Virus record (IMG/VR): IMGVR_UViG_3300048833_000111
Coordinates: 32,218-96,217 of that record
Direction: 5' to 3' (one strand)
From: a virus
Length of the DNA stretch: 64,000 nucleotides
Position numbers and translations under genes: made by a program
Shown here: one piece after another, positions 30,101 to 42,400 of the stretch
Layout: the number at the start of each line of letters is the position of its first letter
Numbering within the stretch: position 1 is the first letter of the stretch
The notes under the pieces: generated by a model
Database searches by the model: none
Told to the model about the DNA's origin: nothing
The model's input: only the letters and a program-made list of their open reading frames with translations

Positions 30101-32457
30101 CTCTAGATAGTTGGGTAAATGCTTTTTATAGATATAGGGCTACAGTAGGTTCTTATTTTCCAATTCCTTGGACTGGACAAACAGAACATTCTGGACAACA
30201 CGCTAAGGATGGTCCAACTGATGATACTATACAATGGATAGGGGATTGTATAACAGACCTATGGTTTGAAAGTTCTATAAATATAAACTTAAGGGTCCCT
30301 TTAATTACAGATTTACCTAGTTTCTTGGATTCTCCAGGCAAGATAGAATCAGGTAATAATAAACCTATAGATTTATATGAATTTTTTGATATTTATTATG
30401 CTTCAAGTAATCAAGAAAGATACCCAGTATCTTCTCTTGAAAGACACTTAGCACAGAAATTACTAATGTTCAATGGAGATAGAAATGATAATAAAGAATA
30501 TATTGGACTTGCATTAGGTGAATTATATAAACTTAATCCAGATTACTTAAGAATAAATAAAGAAAAAATATTTTATCATTTACCTCTAGAGTATGATTGT
30601 TGTTCAGAATGTCAAGAGAACTTTCCACATAGAATACATTATTCAGAACAGTCATTCCAAGAAGAGTTAAGTGATAATTATAGAATATTCTTACCTAATA
30701 ACTATAAAGATATACAAGGTGAAACTGGAGAGATTACAAACTTATTTAAAATAGGTAATGATTTATTTATACATACCTTAGAGGGATTATGGCAAATGCC
30801 AAGAAACTATCAAGAAAGAGTTACAGACCAAGTAGTATCTTTTATTGGTACAGGTTCTTATTTTGAAATCCCACCTCAAAAGATATTAGATGATGATACA
30901 GGGTTATCAGCAGGATTACAACATAAGTGGAGTGCTATAAAAACTCCTTCTGGATATTTCTTTGTTTCTGAAAACCAGAAAGCTATATATCAATTCAATG
31001 GTAAAAAACTTAATCCTATATCTTCTGTAGGATTATCTAATTGGTTTAAGGAAAACTTAGAATCAAAATTGGATAAGGATTATAATATTAGAAACAATAA
31101 AATATACCCTTATAAAGATAACCCCAGTAATCCATTTGGTACAGGATTTATTTCTACTTATGATAGTAAAAAAGAGAGATTAATATTTACTAAAAAAGAT
31201 AGAAATTTTACACAAAATATAGTGGGCAATACTGGATATGAGATTGCAGTTTGTAATGGACAAGTTATAGTGTTTTATGATTTTCAAGCTACTATAGATA
31301 ATTATGAGAATCTTGGTTATAAGTATTTAGGTATAAAAGATTGTCAAATGGTATTCTCTATAGAAGTTATTGAAGAAGTACAAGTTGTAGAGTATGTATG
31401 GGTTCCACCTGTAATAGAAACACACTTCGTAACTTATTTTAAAGGCTTCTGGGAAGAAGATGACCCTGCACATCCTAATGGTGGTACTGTAACTTATATA
31501 ATCTATCCAGGTGGTATAGAAAGTACTATTGATAATATATGGAATAATGACTGTATAGGATTACCAAATCAAGGTATTGTAAGTTATCATGGATGCGCAC
31601 CTGGATGTGAACCACAAGAGACTATAGAAGTTATTATAACACCAGGTTATTATGAACAAATAATTAAAGTTGTAGAACAACCTGTAACAGAGTATCTATA
31701 CATAGATGGTACTCCACTTGAAGATAAGAATAGTATAAATAATTCATGGACTATTAGTTATTCTTTAAAAAGTAACTCTTGGATATCTTGGCATTCTTAT
31801 ATACCTAATTTCTATATCAATATACCAGAAAAATTCTATTCTTGGAAATTTGGGAACAATGGTATATGGAAACATAATAATAAAACCAATTACCAGACTT
31901 TTTATGGGGAACAATATCCTTATATATTGGAATATGTATCTACATCTTCTCCTACAACAATGATTACAAATCATATTAGATTTAATACTGAAGCTAAAAA
32001 ATATGATTTTTCTACTCAAGAGTATAATGAGGAAAGATATATAACATTTAATAAAGCTATTATATACAATTCTAGGCAGTGTTCTGGTTTAATAGATTTA
32101 ATTGTTAAGGATACTCAATCCAATCAACAGGATTATCTGTTACATCAAATTCAAAATAATGGTAATAATAATTTTATAATAGATAGAAATGAAACTGATT
32201 GGACTTTAAATGATTTAAGAGATATAAGAATAGATTATACAAAACCTATATGGAACTCTAATATAAATTCACTTCAATCTGAATACTATATAGATAAAAA
32301 GCTTAATGCTATTACTATGGATGTCAATAAAGATTGGACACAGCTTGAAAGTTTTAGAGACAAATATTTGGTAGTTAGGTTAATATTTGATAATTTTGCA
32401 GATATTAAGTTACTTACAAATTATTCAATAGAAAATGAACAAGAATCTTATAGGTAA
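27106..32457 (+). CDS. Tail stabilisation/muzzle protein
   Basis: 1783 aa, beta-rich; NEESN, YFTD..NKPR, WTISYS..WISWHSYIP; crAss synteny. Confidence 0.8.
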   Translation: MQGDKLQRPYKGLYKDTSKQDQPKDTYLFALNAVNETEVGDSNLIGNEESNALCANITSGYIPLGKVYIGNNETVILSVSQDETSSEIGILDGNCKYKVYVNDSDSTEEDKLNFKVSNQIQAVYRLRRGCERTIYFTDDYNKPRYFNFNNPNKFKNNDGSWNANLFDLQKQYSKIPNFQSVEILDSGGNLEPGGYNIAIQYVDDSLNPTEWITTSPLIEIYNDLSSEEFRKISGSINGDEDFFAYPRTSKAIKIILSNIDTDFVFYRLAFIESNNGSGQISDVKYSDIIPTSKNFFIYTGDNAISTGTTQEIAAFSDIIYKAQSIEQIENRLLLGNTEGKKVDFCKLQQYASRIKADCITKTVNLTDLVDPANPKNPSHQFNGIGYMPGEIYSFGIVYIFEDNSLSPVFHIPGKNPTVDPEAVFSPAENVYPMSNNNQISTTYIDNDTCGNNNFWGKDAQGDSLTGKPVRHHRFPLRSDINLPLVTDQIGEEQTVDYYQLFLRIQGTLITPVSCPPENPGCGTDVSNFFEVRVNYKVEGESFSFTELVDPAFFADESGTFELDIQENSQYHSTNVFTDIEIEISDINGTFHPLVTVGGDAEYNNEFGDYFDGTADFTTSVELFEATVQDRTYSTEILGIKFSGIELPELNELNQDRGNRIIGYYIVRNERTEFDKTILDSAVLTPSTIYKNYISHGLLQPETNNISDSVYGIIHPEHKFNDKEYTQYDEIIQQGNFTLRDRKYGKVSFNDVFDGSSLDTSKQKDTGDDGKPADGKPRTDGYDGWSLEIISRDNIVSYESKSEFTISRANIEENFYLDALESRAINAEANDVFNITTDNKIGIVQLKEGTTIPQSSNLPYVVFRKNNLESYSDFRTLPYYKETVNPKYFSGGPSGEICTVFNGDSYVSPMRYVNSVFWDNRVAKRAGKTNVWKYIVGAILIVVAVVLAYFTVGTSLALIGAAAALMAAGGGVLLISAGVKQDNWNKVYMQEYDKGLRETALDSWVNAFYRYRATVGSYFPIPWTGQTEHSGQHAKDGPTDDTIQWIGDCITDLWFESSININLRVPLITDLPSFLDSPGKIESGNNKPIDLYEFFDIYYASSNQERYPVSSLERHLAQKLLMFNGDRNDNKEYIGLALGELYKLNPDYLRINKEKIFYHLPLEYDCCSECQENFPHRIHYSEQSFQEELSDNYRIFLPNNYKDIQGETGEITNLFKIGNDLFIHTLEGLWQMPRNYQERVTDQVVSFIGTGSYFEIPPQKILDDDTGLSAGLQHKWSAIKTPSGYFFVSENQKAIYQFNGKKLNPISSVGLSNWFKENLESKLDKDYNIRNNKIYPYKDNPSNPFGTGFISTYDSKKERLIFTKKDRNFTQNIVGNTGYEIAVCNGQVIVFYDFQATIDNYENLGYKYLGIKDCQMVFSIEVIEEVQVVEYVWVPPVIETHFVTYFKGFWEEDDPAHPNGGTVTYIIYPGGIESTIDNIWNNDCIGLPNQGIVSYHGCAPGCEPQETIEVIITPGYYEQIIKVVEQPVTEYLYIDGTPLEDKNSINNSWTISYSLKSNSWISWHSYIPNFYINIPEKFYSWKFGNNGIWKHNNKTNYQTFYGEQYPYILEYVSTSSPTTMITNHIRFNTEAKKYDFSTQEYNEERYITFNKAIIYNSRQCSGLIDLIVKDTQSNQQDYLLHQIQNNGNNNFIIDRNETDWTLNDLRDIRIDYTKPIWNSNINSLQSEYYIDKKLNAITMDVNKDWTQLESFRDKYLVVRLIFDNFADIKLLTNYSIENEQESYR
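32367..32398 (+). promoter_or_regulatory. Sigma-A promoter for cargo genes, inside the muzzle 3' end
   Basis: TTTG-N20-TAATTTTG. Confidence 0.6.
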
Positions 32458-32487
32458 ATATTAATCTTAACAAAATTAAATTAAGAA

Positions 32488-34209
32488 ATGAAAAAGAAAA
32501 AGATAAAAGATTTACCTATATATCTGTTTGGAGGTAATACAGAAGACCCAATGCAATCTTATATGGATATAAGAAGGCAAAGAGCTTCACAAAACCCTGG
32601 TGTTATTGAAAATCCTAACACAGCTCTAATAGATAATCAAATAAGAATGGCTAGGGCAAACCAGAAAGCTAATAGTAATCCTTGGACACAAATTATGGAT
32701 ATGATAGGAGCTATGGCAATGTCTACAGGTAGTTCAATGATGTCACAAGGTATAGCACAAGCAGGTGGTATAGGAGGTTTATTTGGAGGAGGTGCTAATG
32801 CATCTTTTGATGGTATGACTGAAATGCCAATTGCAAGTGTAACTAGAGCTGCTATGGGTGGTAAAGTTGGTAATGCAATAAATGCAGAAGGAAAAGAAGT
32901 AATAGAAACTCCTGATGGAACTGTAGCAGAACTTAAAGGACCTTCACATTCACAAGGAGGTATAGATATGTTAGTACCACCTGGTACTGAAATATTCTCT
33001 CAAAGATTAAAAGGTCCAGATGGTAAGACTATGGCTGATAGAAAAAAAGCAAGAGAAAAGAAGTTAGCTAAAATAGAAAAACTCTTTGATAAGAATCAAA
33101 GTGATGCTACCTTAAAAGCTACTTTAAAAAGAACTCAAGATAACAACCAAAGAGAAGAAGATGCTGATATGCAACAAATGAATATAGCTAGAGCTATGAT
33201 GGAAGGTATGCAGCAAGTATTTGCTATGGGAGGTATTACTGGAGGCTATCAAGAACAATTGGATAATGTTGGACCAGACCCTAATAATCCATATGGACAT
33301 ATGTCTGATATAGAATTCTTATCACTTGCACAGAACTTTTTACAAATGAATCCACAACAAACTAGTTCTAAAACTCCTGAAACCAATTCAGAAGATGGAT
33401 TTGATTGGGGAAGTATTTTTGGTAATACAACTTTAGGTGATGGTATAGGAATGATAGGAAACTTAATTTCTACATTTGGACCAATGGAGAATACAAGAGC
33501 TAATAGAGCAGGGGACACTCCTAATATAAATGCATTTAAAGATTATGGTAAAGATGGATTGAAAGCTTTGGATAAATCTAAAGGGTATATTGCAGGACAG
33601 AGAGATGAGAACCTAAGAGATTTAGAACTTGCTAGAGCAGGTGCTATAGGTAGAAATAGAAATTCAGCTAGAGGTCTTAATACTATGAGAGCATTAGACC
33701 TTACAGTAGACAATGCTATTAGTGAAAGACAGCAAAGTGTATATAGTGCATATGCACAACAAATGATGAATATACTTGCTCAACAGGCTGGTATGGAAAA
33801 CCAACAAGATCAAGTAGTTATGCAAGGAGAGCAAAATAGAGATTTAGCTGATAGACAAGATAGAGATAATTACTTCTCTAACATGGCTCAAGATATTGCT
33901 ACTAAAGGAACTGGTATGCAGAAAATAGGTAAAGATGTAAATCAAATGAAGACTAGAAATGTTACTTCAAATATTATGTCTGAACTATATCCTAACTTTG
34001 AAATAAGCTCTATGACTGGTAAAACTAAGTTTAAAGCTGAAGAAGTTATTGAAAAGAATCCTACTTTCTACTCTAAAATAGTTGGTAATCCAAATGCAAA
34101 AGAAATTCATCAAGGTAATATGGAAGGTAAGTACATCATTAAAGATGATAAACTTTATAATAAGGAAGGTGTAGAATTAGATATAAATACTTTAAAACCA
34201 GTTAAGTAA
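32488..34209 (+). CDS. Ejected cargo protein 1
   Basis: EGKEVI..GPSHSQGG..IFS motif, Gly/Ala/Met-rich segments, no Cys. Confidence 0.7.
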   Translation: MKKKKIKDLPIYLFGGNTEDPMQSYMDIRRQRASQNPGVIENPNTALIDNQIRMARANQKANSNPWTQIMDMIGAMAMSTGSSMMSQGIAQAGGIGGLFGGGANASFDGMTEMPIASVTRAAMGGKVGNAINAEGKEVIETPDGTVAELKGPSHSQGGIDMLVPPGTEIFSQRLKGPDGKTMADRKKAREKKLAKIEKLFDKNQSDATLKATLKRTQDNNQREEDADMQQMNIARAMMEGMQQVFAMGGITGGYQEQLDNVGPDPNNPYGHMSDIEFLSLAQNFLQMNPQQTSSKTPETNSEDGFDWGSIFGNTTLGDGIGMIGNLISTFGPMENTRANRAGDTPNINAFKDYGKDGLKALDKSKGYIAGQRDENLRDLELARAGAIGRNRNSARGLNTMRALDLTVDNAISERQQSVYSAYAQQMMNILAQQAGMENQQDQVVMQGEQNRDLADRQDRDNYFSNMAQDIATKGTGMQKIGKDVNQMKTRNVTSNIMSELYPNFEISSMTGKTKFKAEEVIEKNPTFYSKIVGNPNAKEIHQGNMEGKYIIKDDKLYNKEGVELDINTLKPVK

Positions 34210-36410
34210 TGGCAAGATTTTATAAAACAGCTAAACCTGAATTTATTGAGGATATTATATACCAACCACCTTGGGAGTTAATACAGCAAGCAGGTGAATA
34301 TAAACAAACTCAATATGATAATGCATTAGCCCAAACAGAAATGTTAAATGGGCTTTTAAAAATTAACTACATTGATGAAGAAGGGGAGAATGAAAAAGTT
34401 CAACAAGAAAGACAATATTGGGAATCTCAAATAGATGATATAACAAATCAAATAAGAACTACTGGAGATTATAGAAAACTAATGCCTAAAGTTAGAGAGG
34501 TTCAAAAAGGAATTATGAACTCTATGACTGAAGGTAATATTTCTAAATTTACTCAAAGTGCTAATATTAGGGATAAACATCTAGCTGCTATTGCTGAAGC
34601 AAAGAAAAATGGTGGAGATATTGCAGCAGCTCAAGCTGCTTACAATACTTATATGGATAAATGGAAAAATCAAGAAAATAGAAGTATAGATAATGCCTTG
34701 GGTTATGAAGAAGTTATATCTACACCTGAAGAGCTTCAAGGAAAGAATATAGCTGAAATGGCTAAGAAAGTTCCAGCTTATCAGAACTCTACTTTTACTG
34801 TAGACCCAAGAGGTGGATGGATAGTCACAACTAATGGACAAGAGGAATATGTTTCTAAGGAACAATTATTGGAAACTATACAACCTTACATAATGTCCAA
34901 TCCAAACTTAAGACCTTATTTAGACCAGAGACAAAGATTTGGTATGGGGCAGTATTTCAATGAAGATGGTTCTATGATTGCACCTTACCAAGTTAAATAT
35001 TATGATGCAAATGGTAATAGTTATTCTTTAGAAGAAGCACAAGCTTTACCAAAAGAACAACAAGAGAATCTATCTAAGGATGTAGAATTTGCAGATAACT
35101 CTTTGGGACAAGCATTTAAATTAGGTACTTCATTTGAGTATAAGAAAGATAAATCTACTTCTAGATTACAGGTAGACCAAGTAAGAGAGAATGCTTTAAA
35201 TAGAGCGCAAAGAGCAAGTTTACAGGAAGATAGGCAGGCACATGATTTTGAGAAGATGGAGGCTGCTCATAAAAAGAAATTAGAATTATTAGCTTTAGAC
35301 CCAAGTGAAGATGGAGATTTAGCTAGAGCAGAGCTTAATAGGTTAAGTGGATTTAATTCATTTGCAGAGATTAAGAATAAATCTGTGACAAATATGTTAG
35401 ATATAGTAGGTGAGGGAGGGGTTATTACTGAAGCAGGTAAAAGTAAATTGACAGATATCTTTAATACTCTTACTAAAAATATGACAGGGGAAGAGTTAAA
35501 AGCCTATAGGTCATTAGAACAACAATTAAAAAGTGGTAAAAATTTTAATACAAAACAAGCTAATGCTTATATATTTAATTATCTATATCCAACATTTGAA
35601 GATTATTTATCAAAAGAAACTGGTCTTTCAAAAGATGAAATATTAAAAAAGATTACTGAGCTTAGTAGTAATCCAGAAACTAAAGGATATTCTCCTTTTG
35701 TAAATCAAAAATCTAATTATGAATCTCTTTCTAAAGGAGAAGATAATATAACTGCATTAATAAATAATAGAACTAATAACCCTGTACTTAAGAATTTTAA
35801 AAATTTCTCAGATAGAGCTAAACAATACTTAGATGATAATTATAATGCTGCTGCTGTAGTGAAAGAGTTTGAAGTCCTTCCACCTGCTAACAATAAAGCT
35901 ATAACTGAAATTGTAAATCAAAACCCAGGAGATTATACCTTCATTAATGTTGATACAAATGAAGTAGTTCCAGCACCTGGTAGGATGAAAAATAACTTAG
36001 GGGTAACTGGTGCTTCAGGTAGAGCGATAAGTCAAACCATGTTTGAGGGAGAAGATGGAATTAAGTATGTAGCAATACCTTTAAATTCTATGGCACCTTC
36101 AGAACTTGCAATAAGAAATATTGCCATAAAGGGATTAGAGGATACAAGTAGAACCAAAGCTGAATTACAGGATTATAGAAGAGGTTCCGTAATGCAACAA
36201 TTCCAAGAAGCTGGTAAGTCAAATAACTATGAACAAGAAATAGTTATTGAAGATAAATTTTTTAACACTAATTCAAAACTAAAACAAATTGGTAATGGTG
36301 TTAACGCAGAATATCAAGTAATAGATAAACAATTTGGAACTGTACAAACATTCCAAGATGAAGATACATTCTTCAATTATTTAGAGGAAAAAGCTAAATT
36401 AAAAAAATAA
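34209..36410 (+). CDS. Ejected cargo protein 2
   Basis: Helical, YQPPWE N-terminus, Cys-free, precedes RNAP. Confidence 0.65.
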   Translation: MARFYKTAKPEFIEDIIYQPPWELIQQAGEYKQTQYDNALAQTEMLNGLLKINYIDEEGENEKVQQERQYWESQIDDITNQIRTTGDYRKLMPKVREVQKGIMNSMTEGNISKFTQSANIRDKHLAAIAEAKKNGGDIAAAQAAYNTYMDKWKNQENRSIDNALGYEEVISTPEELQGKNIAEMAKKVPAYQNSTFTVDPRGGWIVTTNGQEEYVSKEQLLETIQPYIMSNPNLRPYLDQRQRFGMGQYFNEDGSMIAPYQVKYYDANGNSYSLEEAQALPKEQQENLSKDVEFADNSLGQAFKLGTSFEYKKDKSTSRLQVDQVRENALNRAQRASLQEDRQAHDFEKMEAAHKKKLELLALDPSEDGDLARAELNRLSGFNSFAEIKNKSVTNMLDIVGEGGVITEAGKSKLTDIFNTLTKNMTGEELKAYRSLEQQLKSGKNFNTKQANAYIFNYLYPTFEDYLSKETGLSKDEILKKITELSSNPETKGYSPFVNQKSNYESLSKGEDNITALINNRTNNPVLKNFKNFSDRAKQYLDDNYNAAAVVKEFEVLPPANNKAITEIVNQNPGDYTFINVDTNEVVPAPGRMKNNLGVTGASGRAISQTMFEGEDGIKYVAIPLNSMAPSELAIRNIAIKGLEDTSRTKAELQDYRRGSVMQQFQEAGKSNNYEQEIVIEDKFFNTNSKLKQIGNGVNAEYQVIDKQFGTVQTFQDEDTFFNYLEEKAKLKK

Positions 36411-36413
36411 TAT

Positions 36414-39400
36414 ATGGAAGATGAAGAACTACAGGGAGTAGGTACTACAGAAGATATTAAAAAGCAAGAAGAGATACTTATGGCTAAAGCCAGAAGAAAA
36501 ACTCTAGAAAAGAATTTAGAGAATTCTATCTTTGGTACTAGCTCTGCTTCTATAAATTTTAAAGGTATAAATTATGCTTCAAGTGATTTTGCTGGTGGTT
36601 CTTATGGTAAGGCTGCTGAGCAAGGTGATTGGAGTAAATGGAGTATGCCAGATGATATGGCATATAAAGCATTTCAACAACAAGAGATTGGAGATTTAAT
36701 TATAGATACTTTAGCAGGAGGTTCTAAACTAGCTGTTGCTGGATTTTTAGATATGGCTGCATCTTGGGATTTAGCTGAAATCTCAAATGTAGCACAGGGA
36801 AATGCTATGGCTGAAACTGGAAACTGGTTACAACAACAAGCTGATAAATTACAATCTTCTGCACAACAAAAGAATACTATATACCAAGATGGTGATAATA
36901 TGTGGACTGCTGCATATTGGGCTAACCAAGGGCAACAGTTAGGTTACTCTACTGGTATTGTTGGAGAGATAGTAGCTGAACAAGCTATACTTGCTTTAGC
37001 TACTGGAGGGTCTGGAAATGCTGCTGGACTTGCATCTAAAGCTAGATTTTTAAAACCTCTACTTACACAAGGAGCTATGGGACTTGCTGGTGGTATGAGA
37101 GAGGCTTATATGAATGCTAGGGAAACACAAGAAAATGTGTACTCTAAGTTTATACAAAATGGATTTACAGAAGAAGAAGCAAAAGCAAAAGCTGATGAAG
37201 CTGCACATGTATCCTTTAAAACAGAAGCTGGTTCTCTTGTAGTATTAAACACACTTCAAAATATATTTCTATTTGGAGGAATGGGTAAAATCCAACCTTT
37301 TAATAGAGCAGCATCTCCACAACTTCAAATGGGATTCTCTTCTTTTGGAGAACAATTACTTGAAAAAGTATTACCTGAAACTACTTCTAAATTTGGAAAA
37401 AGGGCAATACAATATGGTCTTATACCTGCTGTTACAGAAGGTATGGAAGAAGGTGTACAAAGCTTATCACAACAATGGGGAGAATATTCTGTTGGGGATA
37501 AGAAAGAAAAGTTTGACCCTGTAAATACAGAACTTAGAGATAATGTTATTGGTGGTGCTTTAGGAGGAATACTTCTAGGTGCAGGTGCTAAAGCTATATC
37601 TAAATTTAATAACTATCTTGGTGACAATCAATTCTCCAAAGAATATAAGAATTTTATAGATACTGCTGTAGATAGAACAGCTAATACTTTTATAGAGCAA
37701 GAAAAAATTAAGAGAGAATATCAAGAAGCTCAAATAGCTTATAATAAAAATAAGACACAATCCAATCTAGAAGAACTTAATAGAGCAAAGCAGGCTGTTA
37801 AGCAAGCTAAGTATAATTCCCATTTAACAAATGCTGTAAATGCTTTACAGTATGATTATATTAAAGGGGAAGGTACTCAAGCTTTTGATGCACACATAGG
37901 TCAAATGCAAAGTGTACTTGATGCTGTAAAGAATAAGGATACAGAAGCTTTAAGAAAGCATGGTCTTATAATGGCTAATGGAAAAGAAAGATTTGCTGGT
38001 TCATTTGAAACCATTTTAAATACATTTGAGCAAAACATTAAAGATTCAGAATTTATAAAACAATCCCTAAGCAATAACTTAGAAAATGTTACTACTGATT
38101 TTGAATCTGCATTTGATATTACAAAAAAAGAATATACTAATTCAAAATACTTACAAGAGATTTCTGAATTAGAAGGGCAATTGGCTCAAGCACAAATGCT
38201 TGATACATATGTATCACAATTGTCTACTGATGGTAAAACAAGATTTAATCTAGAAAATGAATTAGCTGCTTTAGAACAGGTAGAGAATAATAAGGATACT
38301 AAAGGGTTATCCAAAGAGGACCAAAAAAGAAAGAAAGAGATAGAAAAAAAATTATCTGAACTTAAATATACAGATAGAGATAAGAAGATAATTCCCAATA
38401 CAAATAGAAAAGGTTATATTAATGCTGAGATAAGTAAAATTTCTTTAGGGCAAGCTATAGACCAAAATAATCTTGAGCTTAATTCTTTAAAAGATAGTAA
38501 TAAGATTACGGAGAAAATCAAAAATAGAGCTAAAGAGAAATTAAAAAAAGCTAAAACAAAAGATGCTATAACTAAGGCACAACAAGAGGCTGAACAAGCA
38601 GGGGTAGCTGATGAAAACTTTAATAAAGAAGTAGAAAATAAAGTTAAGGAAGTAGATAATAAAGATAAAATAGCTAATATAGATTCTACTGGACAAACTG
38701 TTTCTAGACCTGTACAAACAAAACCTAAAGAAAATTCCAAAGAGTCTGAACCAGATAGTGCTTCATTGTTTTCTGCTTTCTTAAAAGAAGGTAAAATATC
38801 TACTGCACCAAATCCAGAAGATGATATTATAAACCAAGCTTTCTCTAGACAGAGAATTCCAAATGAACAGATTACAGATGACCTAAAGGATAAGGCTAAT
38901 TTATTTGTAAAGAGAAAATCACAACAACTTGGTAAAGATGTAAATTTAGAAGATGTTATAGTTGACTCTATTGAAAGAAATGGTCTTAAAAATACAGAAG
39001 ATGTATTCCAAGGTATAGTAGCTTTAATGGAAACTGCTGGTAAGGATGTGTCTGAGGCTAATAGTTTATACTATAAATATTTTGAAGAGGATTATAATGT
39101 ATTTAAATCCTTTACAGTAGAGGAAGCTGATACTACAGTTAATACTGTAGAAAAACAAGCACAACAAAACACTGAATTTAAAGATAAGTTCAATGTTAAT
39201 GGACAACCTATATCTACACCTGTTGTAGAAAGAGATTATGAAGATACTAGAACCAATAAATCACAACCTAAAATTGCTTTTAATTTTCAGGAATATGAGA
39301 GAGATGGATTTATATTTACAATAACTTCTGATAAATTAAAAGGAGATAACCATTATATATTGGATTCTGAATTTGTAAATACAGGAGATATACTTACAGT

Positions 39401-42400
39401 TGAAGTTATTAATGATGACTCACAACCAATATCTTCATTTTCCCCAAATGGTACAGTAACAACAAGTACTTGGGGAGAATACAAAAAGACTGTTGAACCT
39501 AATTCACAAGCCTATATAAATAAAATACCTATGGGTATTTATAAAAAAGTAGGGGATACTAAAGTATTGGTAGGACATGTACATGATGCTACTTGGTATA
39601 TACCTAATAATATAAGTGAGGTAAATGGTAAAGAGGAACAGGAAAGAATTGCTAAAGAAGGGTATAATAATACTGTTGAGGTAAGAAAAGCCATTCTAGA
39701 GAATGGTGGTACTGGTAGTATAGAAATAAGTAGACAGTTTGGAGCTTTAGATAAAATAAATAAATCTAAGGATACTACACCTATATCTATTGCCAAAGCT
39801 ACAGGAGAAACTATTTTAGCTAGAATTGTAGAAGGTAATGCTGGTACTATACACTTAGAGACTCAAAAAGGAATACCATTAGATGTAGTATTGGAAGGAG
39901 ATTTACAGGCTACCAATAATGGTAAAAGAATATTTAATCCAGGAGGTATTGCAGATGTAAGATATGCTTATACTAGACCTGATGGAACTAAAGTGTATAT
40001 GGCTCTTCCTGTTATGCAGAAGAAATCCAATGCTTCAAATGCATTAAGAGAGGATTTAAATCCTACTATATTTAATAGTTTAAAATATGCAACATTAGCT
40101 AATATTGTTCTTAACAACACTAACAACAGTGATGTATTAAAAGAAATTGAGAAAGAATTTGCCTTTACAGTTGCTGATGCAAAAGATATACAATCTAAAA
40201 TAAACTCTAGTTTAAAAGTAGATATAAAAAATAATTTAACAGGATACATGGAGTTCTTTGTAAGAATGTCCAATGGTTCTATAGTACTTGATGATAAAAG
40301 AAAACCATCTATAAAAGACTTACAAAATGAATATAATATTGGTAAGTTCAAATATTTATTTGGAGACAATGGAGTTATACTAAAATCTAGTTTTAATGTA
40401 AACTATAATAAACTTAATGCAAGTACACTAAAAGATGTATACATACCTACTATTAATGAGCAAGGAAAAGTAGAAGAAAAATTTAAAGGTTACAATGACT
40501 TAGTAAAAAATAACACATTTACAAATGTTAGAAGCCATCAAATAACAAAGCATGATGGTTCTAAGCAATGGATTATTGATGTACATCCCTTAATTACATA
40601 TACTCTCACAGATAATATAAGTACTGGTATCAGTTCTGCACAAAGAGCTGTTGAAGAAGTATCACAAGAAATGGAAAATAATACTTCTTTAAATATACCT
40701 AAGGAAGTATTGGATACTATGAGTGATGAAGATATAGCACTTTTAGAATCTTTAAATAGAACTATGAACCAAAATAATTCATTTAGTTCAAGAAGAATTT
40801 TAAGTGAGGGTGAGGTTTCAAATATAAATAATACAATAGTAGATGGTAGAATAGAGTTACTTACTGATTTAGAATTTAGAGAAATGTTAGATTCTTTAAA
40901 ACATAGATTTATAAGTAATTTAGATTTCAATGGTAGTATAACTGTAAACCAAATTAAAACTAATTTAGAAAATCTAGTTGAAAAAGAAATACAGCCTATT
41001 ATAGATACATATAAAGAAAGATATGAGAGATTTTCTAAAATTCCTTCATTGGAACCTTTCGCAAAGGAGTTACAATCTAGAATAGATAAACTTCAATCTA
41101 GTATTGACCAAAAAGAAAAGATTACTGGAAACAATGGAGTTCTTTTAAAAGAGCTTAATAAGTTATTTGGATTTAATTTAGAAGAAGAATATAGTGGTGA
41201 GGAAGAATTTGATTCAAGTAATAATTTTAGAAAGTCCTTTTTAGAGAAAGATATAAAACTATCTTATAGTAATAAGTTAAGAATGTCTTTCTTTGGTGTC
41301 AAACAACTTAAAGATAGTTCAAACCAAGAGGTTATAAATGACCTTACAGGATTACCTGTATATGAAAGTCCAGATTATGTAGAACTTATACTTAAATCTA
41401 TTACAACTGAGATTCCATCTAATTGGAATACTCTAATGGATAAATTACAAACTAAATATAATCAGACCAATAAACCTATATATAATCAGTTAAGGAACAA
41501 TTTAAAAGATTTACCACAGAATCTTAAGAATGAATTACTATACAAATTAATATCATCTAGATTTACAGCCCATAAGATTATAAACTCTGTACAAAAAGGT
41601 AAAGGAGGTAATCCTGATAGATATGTATTGACTGTAATTGATGAGAATAGCTCCAAGGAAAATATAAAATTAAAGAAACAAACTAGAGATAATTTTAAAT
41701 TTGCATCCCCACTAACTATGGTGGATGTTAAAACTAATGAGAAAATACTTAATCTAGAGCAAGCTTTAAAATACCAATTAGCTTTTAAGAAGCATATAAA
41801 AGAGGATACTTTTAAGAATGGTTATACAAAAGAGAATGCTACTTTATTAAAAAGTATCTTCAATGCTATAGGTTTGAATTTATCTGATAATACTATAAAA
41901 GAATACTTACAATATAATGACCCTTTTAATAATACTAAAGGTTTATTATCTTTTGTTAGTAAGCAATTAGACAAATTAATAAGTAAGGCTAAACATAATA
42001 AAGTTGTAGTGACAGATGAGGGTAATAATTTATTTGATACTGCAAACAAAGCTTTAAATGATATTATAGAACTTGAAATAGCTCTTAATGGTACAAATGT
42101 AGCTAAATCTATTAGAGTAGGTGGTAAAACATTACAAGGTGTTATACAAAATACATCTGCTTATGATACACTTAGAGAACTTGTAGAGCAGGATTCACAA
42201 TTATTGGATAAACTATTATCTATAGGTTATACTAAAGATAGTTTATTATTAAATCAATTGAGAGAAAATCCACAAATTGCAGATATACTTTCTCTATCTT
42301 TTAGCTCTCCTGATAGTTATAAGGTAAATGGTAAAAAGAATTATTCTGATACAGAATATGATAAACTATCTGATACAGATGGTCTTATCTCTATGTTAGG

